Shown in pieces: positions 8,879 to 20,866 of a stretch of 64,000 nt of DNA. Position numbers and translations under genes: made by a program. This stretch comes from Planctomycetota bacterium (GTDB taxonomy: Bacteria > Planctomycetota > SZUA-567), in assembly GCA_031261425.1 (NCBI GenBank), contig JAISJR010000006.1, positions 9,701 through 73,700 on the forward strand. The letters are read 5' to 3'. The number at the start of each line of letters is the position of its first letter. Within the stretch, counting starts at the first letter, position 1. The notes under the pieces are model-generated. The model saw only the letters and a program-made list of their open reading frames with translations, searched no databases and was not told the origin of the DNA.

Positions 8879-11776
8879 ATGAATGCGGCTCGCCATTTTA
8901 TCGCCAAGTGCCGGCGGAAAGGTTACAGCGACGACAGAATTCGGACGGCGGCGGCGGGGAAATCCGTCATTTTGCGCGACGATATTCTCGCGCGGTTAGC
9001 CGCCAATCCGGCGGACAATTTTGAGGCGGCGGGCGACGAGGTCTTTGCCGTCGCCGAACCGACCGTCGCCTTGGCAAGCGAGAACCTCGACGAACCGGCG
9101 AGCGTTACCGCCGTCGCCACGGACGACGCGGATGACGCGGATGACGCGGATGACGCGGATGACGACGACGCCGTCGAAGCGGTTGCGGAAGAGGTCGCGG
9201 ATGTGAGCGTTGCGGCGGCGGACGCGCCGGTCGCCACGGTCGAACAAATTGACGATTTCCCGCCGCTCGACGCGGAGTTGACGGAGTCGCTTGCCCCCGC
9301 CGTCGAAGCGGAATCCGTCGAAGCGTCCGACGACCTCTACGCCGGCTTCGCCACGGGCGATGAAAGCGATTTTCGCGACGATGCCGCCGCCGAAGCCCCC
9401 GACGAATCCGCAAGCGCGCGCGCCGCTTCCGCAATTATCTCCGAGCATCTCCCCGCAATCACCGCGGAAATTATTTTGGCGATTACGCCGTCAAACGCGG
9501 CGACTCCGCCCGCGCCAACGCCGTTGGCGGACATAATTTTTACCATCGAAGAACGAGTCGATTTGGCGTCCGGCTTTTTTGACGACGCGCCCGTTGCGGC
9601 AATTTCGCCGGTGGCAATCGCCGCTACTGCGCAAGCCGCACCGGCGGAACCCGTTCCGGTGGAACCCGTCTCGACGATTCCCGCTTTGGCGGAGCAATTG
9701 GCGGCGCCATACGTCGCCAGCGGCGTGCCGGTGCCGCAATTGACAATTATCACGCCGGTCGCCATCTCGCTACCGAAAAAGCGGCGTAACAAAAACGACC
9801 GCGCGCGCCCGCTCAATCCGCCGTATGCGATTAGCCAAGACGAAACGAAAAAACGGTTGGAAAGTTTGCGCGCGCTCGACGCGGAATACGAAGCGTTAAT
9901 GATTGATTTTGCCGCCGAGTTGTCGGCGCAAAAAAACGACGATTGGCGCGGCGCGGTCGAGGACTTTGACGACCTCGCGCGTCCGGCGGCGGACGTGTTG
10001 CCGCTCGCGGCGGACGAAACCGAAGAATTGCGCTTGGAAAACGCCCGCTGGCAACGCGATTGGCAGGAGGCGGCGGACGGTTATTTGATGTTGACGCTCG
10101 AATTGCAAGCCGCGCGGGAAACCGTCGGCGCGCGCGACGCGCAAATCGCGCGATTGCAAGCGGCGGCGACGCTCGGGCAAACGGCGGCGTTGGCGGCAAT
10201 GGGCAATCGTTACGACGAAATCAAAGCGGCGAATGAAAACGAACTCGCCGAACTCTCGGCGTTGCGCGCGCAAATCGCGGCGGCGCAAGCGCGTTACGAC
10301 GAGCGGGAGCGCGAGATTGCGACGTTGCAAACGCGGTTGGCGGCACAGCAATGCGCGACGCAAATCGCCGAAACGCAAATCGAAGCCGAAACGCAAGCCC
10401 TCGCCGCCGGCAAGACGGCGAACGACAACTTGCGCTACGCGACCGCGCAACTTGAACGCGAAGTCGCGGCGGTGCGGCGGAGTTTGCTGGCGAACGACCG
10501 CGCGTTTATCGAACAGGCGGGCGAAACGCGGCGCTGGCGGCAGACGGCTGACGAAGCGTTGGACGACGCGGCGGCGGTGGCGGCGCTTAACGCCGATTTG
10601 AAACGGGAAAACGCGGCGTTGGCGCGGCAGACGGCGGCGACGGCGGAAGCGCTGACCGACGCGGCGGCAATCAACGCCGATTTGAAGCACGAAAACACGC
10701 TGTTGACGCGGCAGGCGGCGGCGTCAACGTGGAAAATGGAATCGCAATACGTTGACCAGTTGGCGGGCTTGAGCGCCGAATTTGAAGCGACGGCGGCGCG
10801 GCTCGCGCAAACGGAAGCGGAAAATTCGGCGATGAATATGAAGTTGGAAACCGTCAACTTGGCGATGGAAGTGATGAACGAACGCTACGAAGAATTGGAG
10901 CGCGAATACAACGTGTTGACCAACGAAACGGTGCCGAACTTACAGAAGGACAAAGAGGATTTGGTAACGCTCGTCGGCGACGAATTTTCGCGGGCGGAGG
11001 AATACGGGCGCGTGATTTCGGTCAAGAGCCGCCGTTCCTCTTACGCGATTGTCGCGGCGGCGGCGGCGTGCGTGGCGGTGGCGATTACGCCGTTTTTCGC
11101 GATGAGCGCGTGGGAGACGAAAGAGCGCGAATTGAAAAACGTTTACGCCGAAAAAATCGAAGTCGTCGAAGAGCGCCTCGCCGCCGAAAATCAACAACTG
11201 CTCGCGTTGCGCGACGAAAGAAACCATTGGCAGGCGGCGTTGGAACAGACCGGCGCCGAGCGGCAAACGTGGCGTCAGCGCGCCACGAATTTACAGGCGG
11301 AATTGCGGTCGAGCCGCGAAGAAATCGCGCAATTGAAAGAAATCGGCGCGGCGCGGGAAGTGGCGCTGACGCGCTGGCAGGAAGCGGCGCAAAAACGCGA
11401 AACGCCCGCCGAGGAAACGCCGGTGGCGAACGGCGAGCATTACAACGGCATTAGCGGCATCGACGAATGGCTCGACTCCTCGCGCCGGCAGTCGGCGCTA
11501 ACGGCGCGGGCGGAACCGGCGCTCGTCGCCGCGGACGCGGACGACGCGCTGACGGCGAGCGCCGGCATGGTGGAAATGAAAACGGTAATCGTGCGGCGGG
11601 GCGAGGGATTGAGCCAAGTCCTCTGGCGGGTGTGCGGGCGCAACAATCCGAAATTGGTCGCGCAAGTCGCCCGTTACAATCGCCTGCACGCCGACGCGAA
11701 AGGCAATCCGGTGCTGAAAGTCGGGCAGGAAATCCGCGTGCCTTCGGCGGCGAGCGTCGCGATGCTGACGAATTGA
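8879..11776 (+). CDS. Coiled-coil protein with acidic DDADDADD repeats, one TM helix and C-terminal LysM domain
   Basis: AGGAGG RBS before ATG 8879; long Ala/Gln/Glu-rich heptad region; C-terminal 'VIVRRGEGLSQVLWRVCG...LKVGQEIRVP' LysM-like. Confidence 0.7.
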   Translation: MNAARHFIAKCRRKGYSDDRIRTAAAGKSVILRDDILARLAANPADNFEAAGDEVFAVAEPTVALASENLDEPASVTAVATDDADDADDADDADDDDAVEAVAEEVADVSVAAADAPVATVEQIDDFPPLDAELTESLAPAVEAESVEASDDLYAGFATGDESDFRDDAAAEAPDESASARAASAIISEHLPAITAEIILAITPSNAATPPAPTPLADIIFTIEERVDLASGFFDDAPVAAISPVAIAATAQAAPAEPVPVEPVSTIPALAEQLAAPYVASGVPVPQLTIITPVAISLPKKRRNKNDRARPLNPPYAISQDETKKRLESLRALDAEYEALMIDFAAELSAQKNDDWRGAVEDFDDLARPAADVLPLAADETEELRLENARWQRDWQEAADGYLMLTLELQAARETVGARDAQIARLQAAATLGQTAALAAMGNRYDEIKAANENELAELSALRAQIAAAQARYDEREREIATLQTRLAAQQCATQIAETQIEAETQALAAGKTANDNLRYATAQLEREVAAVRRSLLANDRAFIEQAGETRRWRQTADEALDDAAAVAALNADLKRENAALARQTAATAEALTDAAAINADLKHENTLLTRQAAASTWKMESQYVDQLAGLSAEFEATAARLAQTEAENSAMNMKLETVNLAMEVMNERYEELEREYNVLTNETVPNLQKDKEDLVTLVGDEFSRAEEYGRVISVKSRRSSYAIVAAAAACVAVAITPFFAMSAWETKERELKNVYAEKIEVVEERLAAENQQLLALRDERNHWQAALEQTGAERQTWRQRATNLQAELRSSREEIAQLKEIGAAREVALTRWQEAAQKRETPAEETPVANGEHYNGISGIDEWLDSSRRQSALTARAEPALVAADADDALTASAGMVEMKTVIVRRGEGLSQVLWRVCGRNNPKLVAQVARYNRLHADAKGNPVLKVGQEIRVPSAASVAMLTN

Positions 11777-11821
11777 ATAAGGCGTGTCGGCGAGAGTTTT
11801 TAATGAGCGTTTAGCGATGAA

Positions 11822-11856
11822 AAAATCCGCGCCGCGGAGCGCGGATTTTTTATCAT
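11822..11856. terminator. Bidirectional rho-independent terminator
   Basis: 'aaaaaatccgcgccgcggagcgcggattttttat': GC stem with A-run 5' and T-run 3'. Confidence 0.7.
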
Positions 11857-12013
11857 ATAGTTTTCCAGAAAACCCAAATGGCGTTTGCCCCAATCCAGAT
11901 TATCACTAAACACATAAAACTTTACCCGCGCATATTTCATCAACCACCCGTCCGTCTTCGATTTTGCCGGTCATTGGCGCGCCTCCCTTGGTCGGTATGA
12001 ATAATTGAGTTTT

Positions 12014-12850
12014 TTATTTCGCTTGCCAGCGGAAGCCGTCGCCGCTTTTTTCGACCATACCGATGGCGGGGTAGTGCAAATGCATTCCGGCGACGGGGAT
12101 TTTTTCCCGCGCGACGTATTCTAAAATTTGCCGGCGGGTCGCGGCGGCGGCGACGGGGTCGGAGTCGTAAGTAACCGAGACCTCCGGCGCCGGAAATTGA
12201 ATCGCCTGCACGTGGAGCAAATCCCCCCAAATCAATAATTTTTCCCCGTTCGACTCCAACAAATAAACCGTGTGTCCGGGCGTATGACCGAACGCCGCAA
12301 TCGCGGTAATGCCGTCCGCCACCGGAACCGCCGCATCGAAAAACGCCGCCGGCTTGAACGTTCGCCAACGCCCGGCGTAGGGCGCGAGCGCGGCGACGGT
12401 GGCGGCATTGCCGTTGCCCCAGACCTGCTCCGGTTGCGATAAAAATAATTCCGCGTTCGGGAAACGCGCGACGCCGTCCGTTGACAAGCCGCCGACGTGG
12501 TCGCCGTGCGTGTGGGTGATAAGCACGGTGTTGACCTGTTCCGGCGCCACGCCGACGCCGCGCATTTCGTCGATAATCGCGCCGCCGAAACCGGTATCAA
12601 TCAGGATATTTTTCCCGCCGTTTTTCACGAGAAAGGCGTTGATTTCCAGCGGAAATTTTCCGTCCGGCAGATAACGTTTAATCGCGTCGCCGGCGTTGAC
12701 CAAAATTCCCGTCCCGCCGGTGCTTCGCGTTTCGACCAAAGTAAAGACCTCCATCGTCCCGACCTTGTAGGCATACACCATCTCGTCGGCGACCGCCCCC
12801 GTCGCCATCGCCGCCAACAACAAACCGCTCGCCAAAAGTGTTTTCATCGT
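12014..12850 (-). CDS. MBL-fold metallo-hydrolase (secreted)
   Basis: Signal peptide; 'ITHTHGDHVGG' HxHxDH motif. Confidence 0.85.
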   Translation of the reverse strand, partial: TMKTLLASGLLLAAMATGAVADEMVYAYKVGTMEVFTLVETRSTGGTGILVNAGDAIKRYLPDGKFPLEINAFLVKNGGKNILIDTGFGGAIIDEMRGVGVAPEQVNTVLITHTHGDHVGGLSTDGVARFPNAELFLSQPEQVWGNGNAATVAALAPYAGRWRTFKPAAFFDAAVPVADGITAIAAFGHTPGHTVYLLESNGEKLLIWGDLLHVQAIQFPAPEVSVTYDSDPVAAAATRRQILEYVAREKIPVAGMHLHYPAIGMVEKSGDGFRWQAK

Positions 12851-12900
12851 CGCTCTCCAATGAGTGGGCAGTAGAACAATTACCAATTAAAAATTACAAA

Positions 12901-13140
12901 CTCACGTTACGCGCAAAAAAAAGAGAAGCCACGAATGAACAAGAAAAGAACTTAACACGAATTTTCACGAATTAGACGAATTAACACGAAACCGAGCGAA
13001 GCGAAGGTTAGTGTGCTTTCCAAATTTTTTGTCCGTTTTCCGGCTCTTTAATTTCGTGTAATTCGTGTAATTCGTGGACAAAAAATCTCTTTTTTTTTAT
13101 TCGTAAAAATTCGCGTCTTTTCGTTGACCGCGTAACATCA
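12901..13140. mobile_element. R4 MITE copy 2 (240 bp) with 7-bp TSD TTACAAA
   Basis: 'ctcacgttacgcgc...gcgtaacatcag' flanked by identical 'ttacaaa' at 12894-12900 and 13141-13147; inserted into an R2 element. Confidence 0.8.
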
Positions 13141-13242
13141 GTTACAAATTAAAGATTGCGGAGTTTGATTTTTTAAATTCGCTTCGCGCACTTTCAACTG
13201 TCAACTGTCAACTGCCCACTGCCCACTGTCCACGGCGCCCCG

Positions 13243-16200
13243 CTACTTCTCCGCCCCATACCCTAACGCCTGCGCTTGCGCGCGATACGCCGCCGCTTTT
13301 TCCGCGTCTTTTTCCACGCCGAGTCCTTCGGCGTAAATTCGCGCCAACCGCGCGACGGCGCGCGGGATTTTTTTCTCGGCGGCTTTTTCATACCACGCGC
13401 GGGCTTGCGCGTAGTCCGGCTCGCCCGTCCAACCGTTGTCGTAACTCAAACCCAAGTTCAGCATCGCGTTGCCGTCGCCCGCCTCCGCCGATTGGCGATA
13501 CCACTCCATCGCTTTTTCTTTGTCCGCCGCCGTGCCGCGACCGGTGAAAAACGCCACGCCCAAACTGTTCATCGCCGCCGCGTTGCCCGCCTCCGCCGCC
13601 TGTTGGTAATACTGAAACGCCGGCGCGTAGTCCTGGTTATGATTGTAAAGGTTCGCGAGATTGTTGAGCGCTTCGGCGCGCGCCGCCGGAGGCAAGCCGT
13701 CCGTTTCGACCGCCCGCTTCAAATCGACCAACGCCAATTCCCACTTGTTTTGCGTCATTCGCGTTTTGCCGCGCCAATAAAACGCCTCCGCCGACTGCGG
13801 GTTTAAGTCCAGCGCGTTGCCGAACAGTTGTTCCGCCGCCGCGAAATTTTTCGCCGCCAGCGCCCGCCGCCCTTCGTTGACGAGGAGCGCCGCCTGCTCG
13901 GCGTTGCTCTCGCCTTCAAGCGCCTCGTTTTCCTGCGGCGAGGGCGGCAACAGCGGCGGCGCGTCGTCGCGCGGTTTTTCGCGCGCCACGCGGTCAAGCA
14001 ACGCCAGCGTTTCCGCGTCGTTGGCGTAGCCGCGCAATTTCAGAATCTCGCGGAAAATCGCCTCGGCGACTTCGTATTGTTTCATCGCCAGCGACCGCCG
14101 CCCTTCGCCGAGCATCGCCTGATACTCCGCCGCCTGCGTCGCCTGTTGCCGGTCGTATTCGGAAATCGCGACGCCCTGCAAGTCCATTTTTTCGCCGTCG
14201 CGGTTAAATTCTTTACCCTGCGCCTTGCACGCCGACTCCAACAGCGTCAGCGCCTGCTCGTCGTCCTCGAAACCGGACAGGCGCAACGCCGCGCGCGCCA
14301 GCGTTTCGCCGCGGATGAAATTACCGGAGCGGAGCGCGTCGCGCGTTTCGTTCAACAATTCGTTAAATTCGGCGCGTTGTTGCGGCGTCGCGGCGTCGCG
14401 AATTTCCGGCTGTTGATTGTTCGCCGCCGCCAAGCCGCGTTTCGCCGTCGCGTCGTTTTCGTAGCCCTTTAATTTCCGCGCCAACTCAAACGTCCGCGTC
14501 GCGTCAACCCACGATTTTTCTTTCAGATAAACCTTGCCGCTGAAAATCAATTTGTCGTAGAGTTCGCGATTTTTCTCGCGCTGTTGCGCCAAATTTTCCG
14601 GCGAATTTTGGCTTTCGGTCAAACGGTCGGTCGCCATTTTCAACAGCGCCGTCGCCGCCGCGTCGTCCTTAAAATCCTTCCACTGCAAAACGTTGTTCAG
14701 CAATTGCACCGCCGCGTCGAATTTGCCGTCGTCCATAAATTGCTTGGCTTGCGTCATCGCCAAATTGTAAGTCGCCATATCGCGCTCCGAGCCGGCGCCG
14801 ATTTTTTCGTCGGTTTCGCGTTGTTGTTGCCGGTCGTGTTCGTATTGCGCGATGTTGCCGCCGAGTTGCGGCAACGCTTCGTTCGCCGCGCCGTCGAGCG
14901 TCAGCGCGTAGCGGTAAAGATACGCGCCGGCGACCCATTGCCGGTCGCGCAATTGCGAGGTGGCGTTGCTCAACACGGCTTCAAAATCGGTGAACTTGAC
15001 CGCGTCGCCGAGTTTGCGTTTGGCTTCGAGCGCGCGGTTTAAGCCGTCCACGGCTTGCGCGTCGTCGGCGATGCCCGGAATGACCAACGCCAACTGAAAC
15101 GCCTGTTCCGCGTAGCCCCAATTTTGCAAGGCGAGATTTTTCCGCCCTTCGTCGAGCGCCGCCTGATAAAAACGCTGACGCTCCGGCGTGGGCGCAACTT
15201 GCGTTTTTGGCGGCGCCGCCGGACGCGCGGACGCCGCCGCCGCCGGACGCGCGGCGGGCGCGACGAACTCGTCCGCGGACGCATCCGCGCCGAGCGACTC
15301 GGCGAGCGCCGGATTGACTTTTTCCAAGCCGGCGGCGGGACTCTTCGGCGACGCCACCGGCGCGTCCGCGGCGAGAAGCAGATTTTGCACTTTGCCGGTC
15401 GTGGCGGTTACGCCGCGATTGGCGGTCGGGTCGTCCAAATAACCGGGCAACTGCAACGCCAGCGCGTAATGGCGCGAGGCGGCGATAAGTTCGCCGGCGC
15501 GCTCCTGCCGCTCCGCCAAGTTAATCAGATAGCGATAAGGCGCGGAAAAATCCGGCGCCGCCGGCGCGGTCGGTCGCGGCAACGGCAGACGCAGAATCTC
15601 CGGCACGAGCGCCGTAAAAGACGGCAACGCCAGCGCGAACTCTTCGTTTTGGTCTTCCTGTCCGCCGGCTTGTTCCAAATAACGCGCGGCTTGATTCGGG
15701 TCTTTCGGCACGCCGCGCCCGCGCTGATACATATCGGCGAGACGCGCCGCGGCGCGAACGTCCCCGCGCTCGGCGGCTTGGGTGAAATAATTCGCGGCAA
15801 GCGCGTAATCGCGATTGACGCCGGCGCCGCGAAAATACATCAGCCCGTTGTTGAACAGCGCGACCGGCAAATCGCCGGCGCCGGTCAACAATTCGCGCGC
15901 CTGTTCGTAGTCGCGTTTGACGCCGCGACCGGTGAGATAACACACGCCCAGATTGTTTTTCGCCAGCGCGTCGCCGAGTTGCGCGGCGGCGGCGAACGCG
16001 GCGGCGGAGCGTTCGTTGCTCACCTGCCCGCGCAGTTTGCGCCGCTTTTCGGTCAGCCCCAAACCGCCGTCGTAATAAATGTAGCCCTGCACGACGGCGG
16101 CGGACGCGCTCGCCGGCGACGCGCTCGCCGGCGACGCACTCGCTAGCGCGGAATTTTTATATTTTTCAATCCAGTCCAACGCCGCGTCGTAAGCGCGGGC

Positions 16201-19051
16201 GTCCAACGCGAGCAACGCCTGCGCCAAAAGCGCGGGCGCGAAATTCGCGTCGCCGGCGAGGGCTTCGTTAAATTGCGTCTCGGCGTTTTTCGGGTCGGCG
16301 GCAAGCGCGAACAACACGCCGCTCGCCCACCGCCACGCCGCCGGTTGCGCGGCGCCCGTCGCGCCGGAGGCGAAAGTCGCGGCGGCGTCCGCGTATTTTT
16401 CCTGCGTGATTTGCTCCCGTGCGAGCGTCATTTGGTCGGCTAAATCCGCCGCGCGCGCCCCGTTCGCGCCGACGGCGACGGCTTGCAACACGTCGATTAA
16501 CGGACGCTCGTCCGGCGCGACTTGCGCGGCGAGCGCGGTTAATTTTTCCGCCGCCGCCGCGTAGTCCCGATTGCGCCAGTCGCGCAACACCGCCATCAAG
16601 GCGGCATAAACCGGCTCGCGGCGATTGGCGTCGCTCTGACCGGCAATCGCTTTTTGCCGTCCGGCTAACGCCGTTTCGTCGCCCGCGTAACCCGGAATCG
16701 TCAACGCCCGCGCGAAAACGCGCTCGCTGTCCGACCAGCAACCGGCAAGCAACAACTCGTTGCCGCGCCGCATCAATTCGTCGAATTGCGCATCGCCGCC
16801 ATCATCCTTCCCAATGCTCTCTTCCCTTTTCCCTTTTCCCTCTTCCCCTTTTCCCTCTTCCCTTTTCCCTTTTCCCTCTCTACTCGCCGCCTCCGCCAAC
16901 CGTTTCCCGCGAAGCGCGACTTCGTTTTTTTCGTAACCCGGCACCGCTAGCGCCAAATTGAAGACCTCGATAGCGGCGAGATAATCCTTTTGCGCGAGAA
17001 GTTTTTGCGCCTCGACGAGCGCCGCGTTGAAACTGCCGGCGCGGTCGGCGTCGGGATTGGGGTTTTGACTTGCCGCCGTCCGCACTTGTTCGCGCAAGCG
17101 CAACGCCTGCGGATTGTCGCCGTAGCCCTCGACGCTGAGCGCCCACGCGCACGCCAATTCCGCGTCTTCGTATTTTTGCGCGGCGAGATTCTGCTCGGCT
17201 TCTTTCAGCGCGGACCTGAATTTGCCGGCGCGCGCCTCGGCGAGAACTTTTTGTATGTCGGCGTCGGCGGCGTCAATGCCCGCGAGCAACGCCGTTTCCG
17301 CGTCGGTGTATTTTTGCGCGGCGAGCAATTCGCCCGCCTGTTGCAACAACGCGGCTTTACGTTCTTGTTTGGCGAGACCGTTTTGCGCGGCTTGTTTCAG
17401 TCCGGCGATTTCCGGCGCGTCGCTCCCCGCTTCGTTAAATTTCGCGAGCGCTCCGGCGTAATCCCGCTCCCGCATCAGCGCGTTGCCCTCGGCAATTAGT
17501 TGAGACGCGGCGGATTCCGCCTGCACTGCCGCCGGCAGAGACGCCGCAACCGTCGCCGATGGAATCGCGGGCAACCCTTCGTCCAATTCAAAATCCGGCG
17601 TCGCGTTCGCCGAAACCGTGCCGGTCGCCGGAACCGCGTCGTCGTCCAACTCCAAGTCCGTTGCGTCCGCGCCAACCGTCGCGGTCGGAACCGCTTCGGG
17701 AATCGCCGGCAAGTCGGACAATAAATCAAATTCCCCTCCCGCCCCTCGATTTTCCGCCAACATTATTTCGTCTTGCGGCAGTTCGTCGCGCGACGACTCG
17801 TCGCGTAGCGACCTCACCGGACGCGCGGACGCCGGCGGAATGTCAATGCTCACTTCGTTGGCTTGCGGGCTTGCCCAATCGTCGGCGATGCTTAACGCTA
17901 TTTTCTCCGCCGGTTTTTGCGGCGAAAACGCAAAACCGCCGATGATAAAGGCGAAAAATAAAACGGCGGCAACGCCCGCGTAGCGCCAAAGATTTCTTTC
18001 TCGCGCCGGCGCGGGCGCGGCGTCTTCGACCGGCGCGGGCGGCGCGTCGTCAATCAGCGCGGGCGGCGCGGGCGGCGCGGACGGGAAAAGATTGCCGATA
18101 TTCCGCGTCTCGTCGTGATGCCAACTACATTCGACTTCGGCGGCGACGCTTTCTTCGGCGAGAAATTTATCGAGGTCGGCGGCAAGTTCGCCCACCGAGG
18201 CGTAGCGCGTTGCCATCGCGCCGACGACGATATTGGCAAGCCGCGGCGGCACGGTCGGCGGCAACGCGACGCCGCCGTTTAACAGCGCCAAAAATTCCGA
18301 CCGGTCGGCGGCGCCCGCAAACGGATGTTCGCCCACGGCGAGGAAATACAAAATCGCGCCGAGCGCGTAAATATCGCCCGCGACCGTCGGTTCGCCGCCG
18401 CGCAAAATCTCCGGCGCGACATAACCGAACCGCGCGGGCGAAAACGCCGTTTCGTCATCGACTAACGGCGCGATGCCGGTGAGCAACAACCGCGCGTCAT
18501 TGGCGGCAAGCCAGATATTTTCGGGACGCAAATCGCCGTGATAAAATTCGCGCGCGTGCAGATAGGCAACCGCGTCAAGCGCGCGGCGCAGACCGGCGAG
18601 TTTTTGCGGTAGAGGCAACGCGGCGGCGTCGGCGGGCGCGAAATTTTCGAGCGGCGCTAGCACGACAAACGGCGCGGACGCGGCGTCGCGCTCCGGCGCG
18701 GCGAAAAGCCAATTGAGGCGCGGATGGCGCAAATAGACCAAATTGGCGGCGTCGCGCTGAAACCGTTGCCGGTCGGCGAGTTCGTTGGCGCGGAAAAGCC
18801 AGACCTTGCCCGTCGGCAGAGGCAGATTTTGCGCGGCGAGCATTGAGCGCAACGTCGCGGGCGACATCGACGCGAACGCGGAGCGCAACCGGCGCGCGGC
18901 GGCGGCGCGCTCGCCTATCGGCGTCGCGGCGTCAACCTGACTGTAAGCGTAAAGTTCCGCCGCGTCAAAATCGTCGGCGACCGCGGCAAAGAGCGAGCCC
19001 AAACGCAAATTGCGGAGCAAAGTTTGCTTGGCAAACATAATAGTCCCCATC
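13243..19051 (-). CDS. Giant membrane protein: degenerate protein-kinase-like N-domain + TM + ~1500 aa of TPR/Sel1 repeats
   Basis: 'HGDLRPENIW' catalytic-loop-like and 'FGYVAPE' APE motifs but no Gly-loop/VAIK and no DFG ('TGIAP'); one TM helix; long TPR and C-terminal Sel1-like repeats; start codon uncertain (19038 or 19051). Confidence 0.75.
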
Positions 19052-19198
19052 GTTTTCCGGTGAACGCGCGCCGGACGCGAACTTGCCGCGCGCAAGAAAA
19101 GAAACAAGAAAAAAAACAAGGACAAGTGTATGAAAAAATCGCCGAAATCTAACGAAATTTTCAACTTTTTGCGGAGTGATAATTTAGCCGCCGGTCGG

Positions 19199-19942
19199 CT
19201 ACTTTCTCTCCCGCCGCCAATTCCAATCTTCGTTGTCGTATTTTTCTCGGCGCAATTTTTCGGCGGCGACCGGCGACATCGGCGGCGCGACGCGCCAATT
19301 TAATTGCCGCGCTTCCGCGGCGAGCGCCGCGGCGACTTCGCCGACCGTCAATTGCCGTCCGGCGACCGTCGAAAGCGCCACGCAAAAATCGCCGTGCGCG
19401 CGTCCGGCGCGATAGTCCGGCGCGACCGACGGATACCGCAAATAACGCGACAACAACGCCAAATCCGCCGCCGCCAAGAGCGCGCCGTGCACTAAAATCG
19501 CCGACCGCTTGCGCAGTTGCGCCGTGCCGCAAAATTTTTTCCCCGCGCCGTCCCCAACGGTCAAGTCCGACACGCCGCTCATCATAACTTTTTGCCCGCA
19601 TATTTTTGCCGCCGCCGCGCCGACCGGCGCGAGAAGCGTCTGAAAACTTTCGCGAATCCCCGGCGCGTCGCCGCCGGCGACGACGGGCGTTAAAATTTCA
19701 AAACATAAAATTCCGGCGCCCAACAGCACCGCGCCGCCGCCGGACTGCCGGCGATAAAGCCGAACGCCGTCGGCGCGCAAATTTTCGGCGACGACTTCCC
19801 GCGCGGCGTTTTGCGCCAGCCCGACCGCCACCGCCGCGGCGTCGGCTTGCCAAAAATAAATTTCGGTTTGCGCCACGCCGGCGGCGCACCGCGCCTCGCC
19901 GAACGCCAACGCCGCCGCCACCGGTAAAATTTCCACGTTCAT
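19199..19942 (-). CDS. Lipoate-protein ligase / octanoyltransferase family protein (BPL/LPL catalytic domain)
   Basis: 'RRQSGGGAVLL' signature of the LplA/LipM/BirA catalytic fold. Confidence 0.7.
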   Translation of the reverse strand: MNVEILPVAAALAFGEARCAAGVAQTEIYFWQADAAAVAVGLAQNAAREVVAENLRADGVRLYRRQSGGGAVLLGAGILCFEILTPVVAGGDAPGIRESFQTLLAPVGAAAAKICGQKVMMSGVSDLTVGDGAGKKFCGTAQLRKRSAILVHGALLAAADLALLSRYLRYPSVAPDYRAGRAHGDFCVALSTVAGRQLTVGEVAAALAAEARQLNWRVAPPMSPVAAEKLRREKYDNEDWNWRRERK

Positions 19943-20062
19943 AATTTTTGCGCCAAGCATAGAATTGAGCCGCGCCGGATTTTAACCGTCGGCGCCGCAA
20001 ATTTTAATTGTTAATTTTTAACGGTTATTTACCGTATGCGTCAACCTCTTCGGGAGCAAAAA

Positions 20063-20602
20063 ATGAAAAAGATGCGAAGCACGACGATTATTTCGGCGCG
20101 GCGCGGCGGGAAAGTCGCGATTGGCGGCGACGGGCAAGTATCGCTCGGCGACACGGTGTTGAAAAGTTCGGCGCGGAAAATTCGCGAATTGATGAACGGC
20201 AAAGTGCTGGTCGGCTTTGCCGGCGCGACGGCGGACGCCTTCACGTTGCTCGAACGCTTCGAGGAAAAACTCGGCGAATACCCGAACAACGTTCGCCGCG
20301 CCGCGATTGAAATGGCGAAATTGTGGCGCACCGACCGCGTCCTGCGCCATCTCGAAAGTATGATGATTGTGATTGACCGCGACTATTCGCTGATTCTCGG
20401 CGGTAGCGGCGACGTGATTGAATCCGACGACGACATTCTGGCAATCGGCTCCGGCGGGCAATTCGCGACGGCGGCGGCGCGGGCGCTGATGCGCCACACT
20501 GCATTGGACGCCGAACAAATCGTCCGCGAATCCCTGAAAATCGCCGGCGAAATCTGCGTCTATACCAACGACCAAATCATCGTGCAGACGCTTGGCGAAT
20601 AG
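20063..20602 (+). CDS. hslV: ATP-dependent protease subunit HslV
   Basis: '[35 protein letters not shown]...' N-terminal Thr nucleophile region and full-length HslV similarity; precise start ambiguous. Confidence 0.85.
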   Translation: MKKMRSTTIISARRGGKVAIGGDGQVSLGDTVLKSSARKIRELMNGKVLVGFAGATADAFTLLERFEEKLGEYPNNVRRAAIEMAKLWRTDRVLRHLESMMIVIDRDYSLILGGSGDVIESDDDILAIGSGGQFATAAARALMRHTALDAEQIVRESLKIAGEICVYTNDQIIVQTLGE

Positions 20603-20629
20603 AGTTCAGAGTTCAGAGTTGAAAAAGAT

Positions 20630-20832
20630 GCTCTATTCAATTGCCACGCCTTTTAAGGCGTGGTAGGCGGTCAAAAAAAAGAAAGGGCTTTAGCCCAAAA
20701 TAAAAAATGCGGTCTCATTCCACCGGCTTTAACCGAACAATTGTTCGGGGCTAAAGCCCATTTATTTTTTCTGACCGCCCACGAAAAAACCGCCCCGTTA
20801 AAGGGCGGTTTTATCAATTCGTTGCAACTCGC
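20630..20832. repeat. R3 element, degenerate copy (left 21-bp TIR intact, right end decayed)
   Basis: Begins 'gctctattcaattgccacgcc'; internal 'gggctttagccc...ggggctaaagccc' hairpins match complete copies at 34186 and 44479. Confidence 0.65.
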
Positions 20833-20866
20833 GAGCATCCGGTTACGCCGTCGGGGCGCCGAATCG

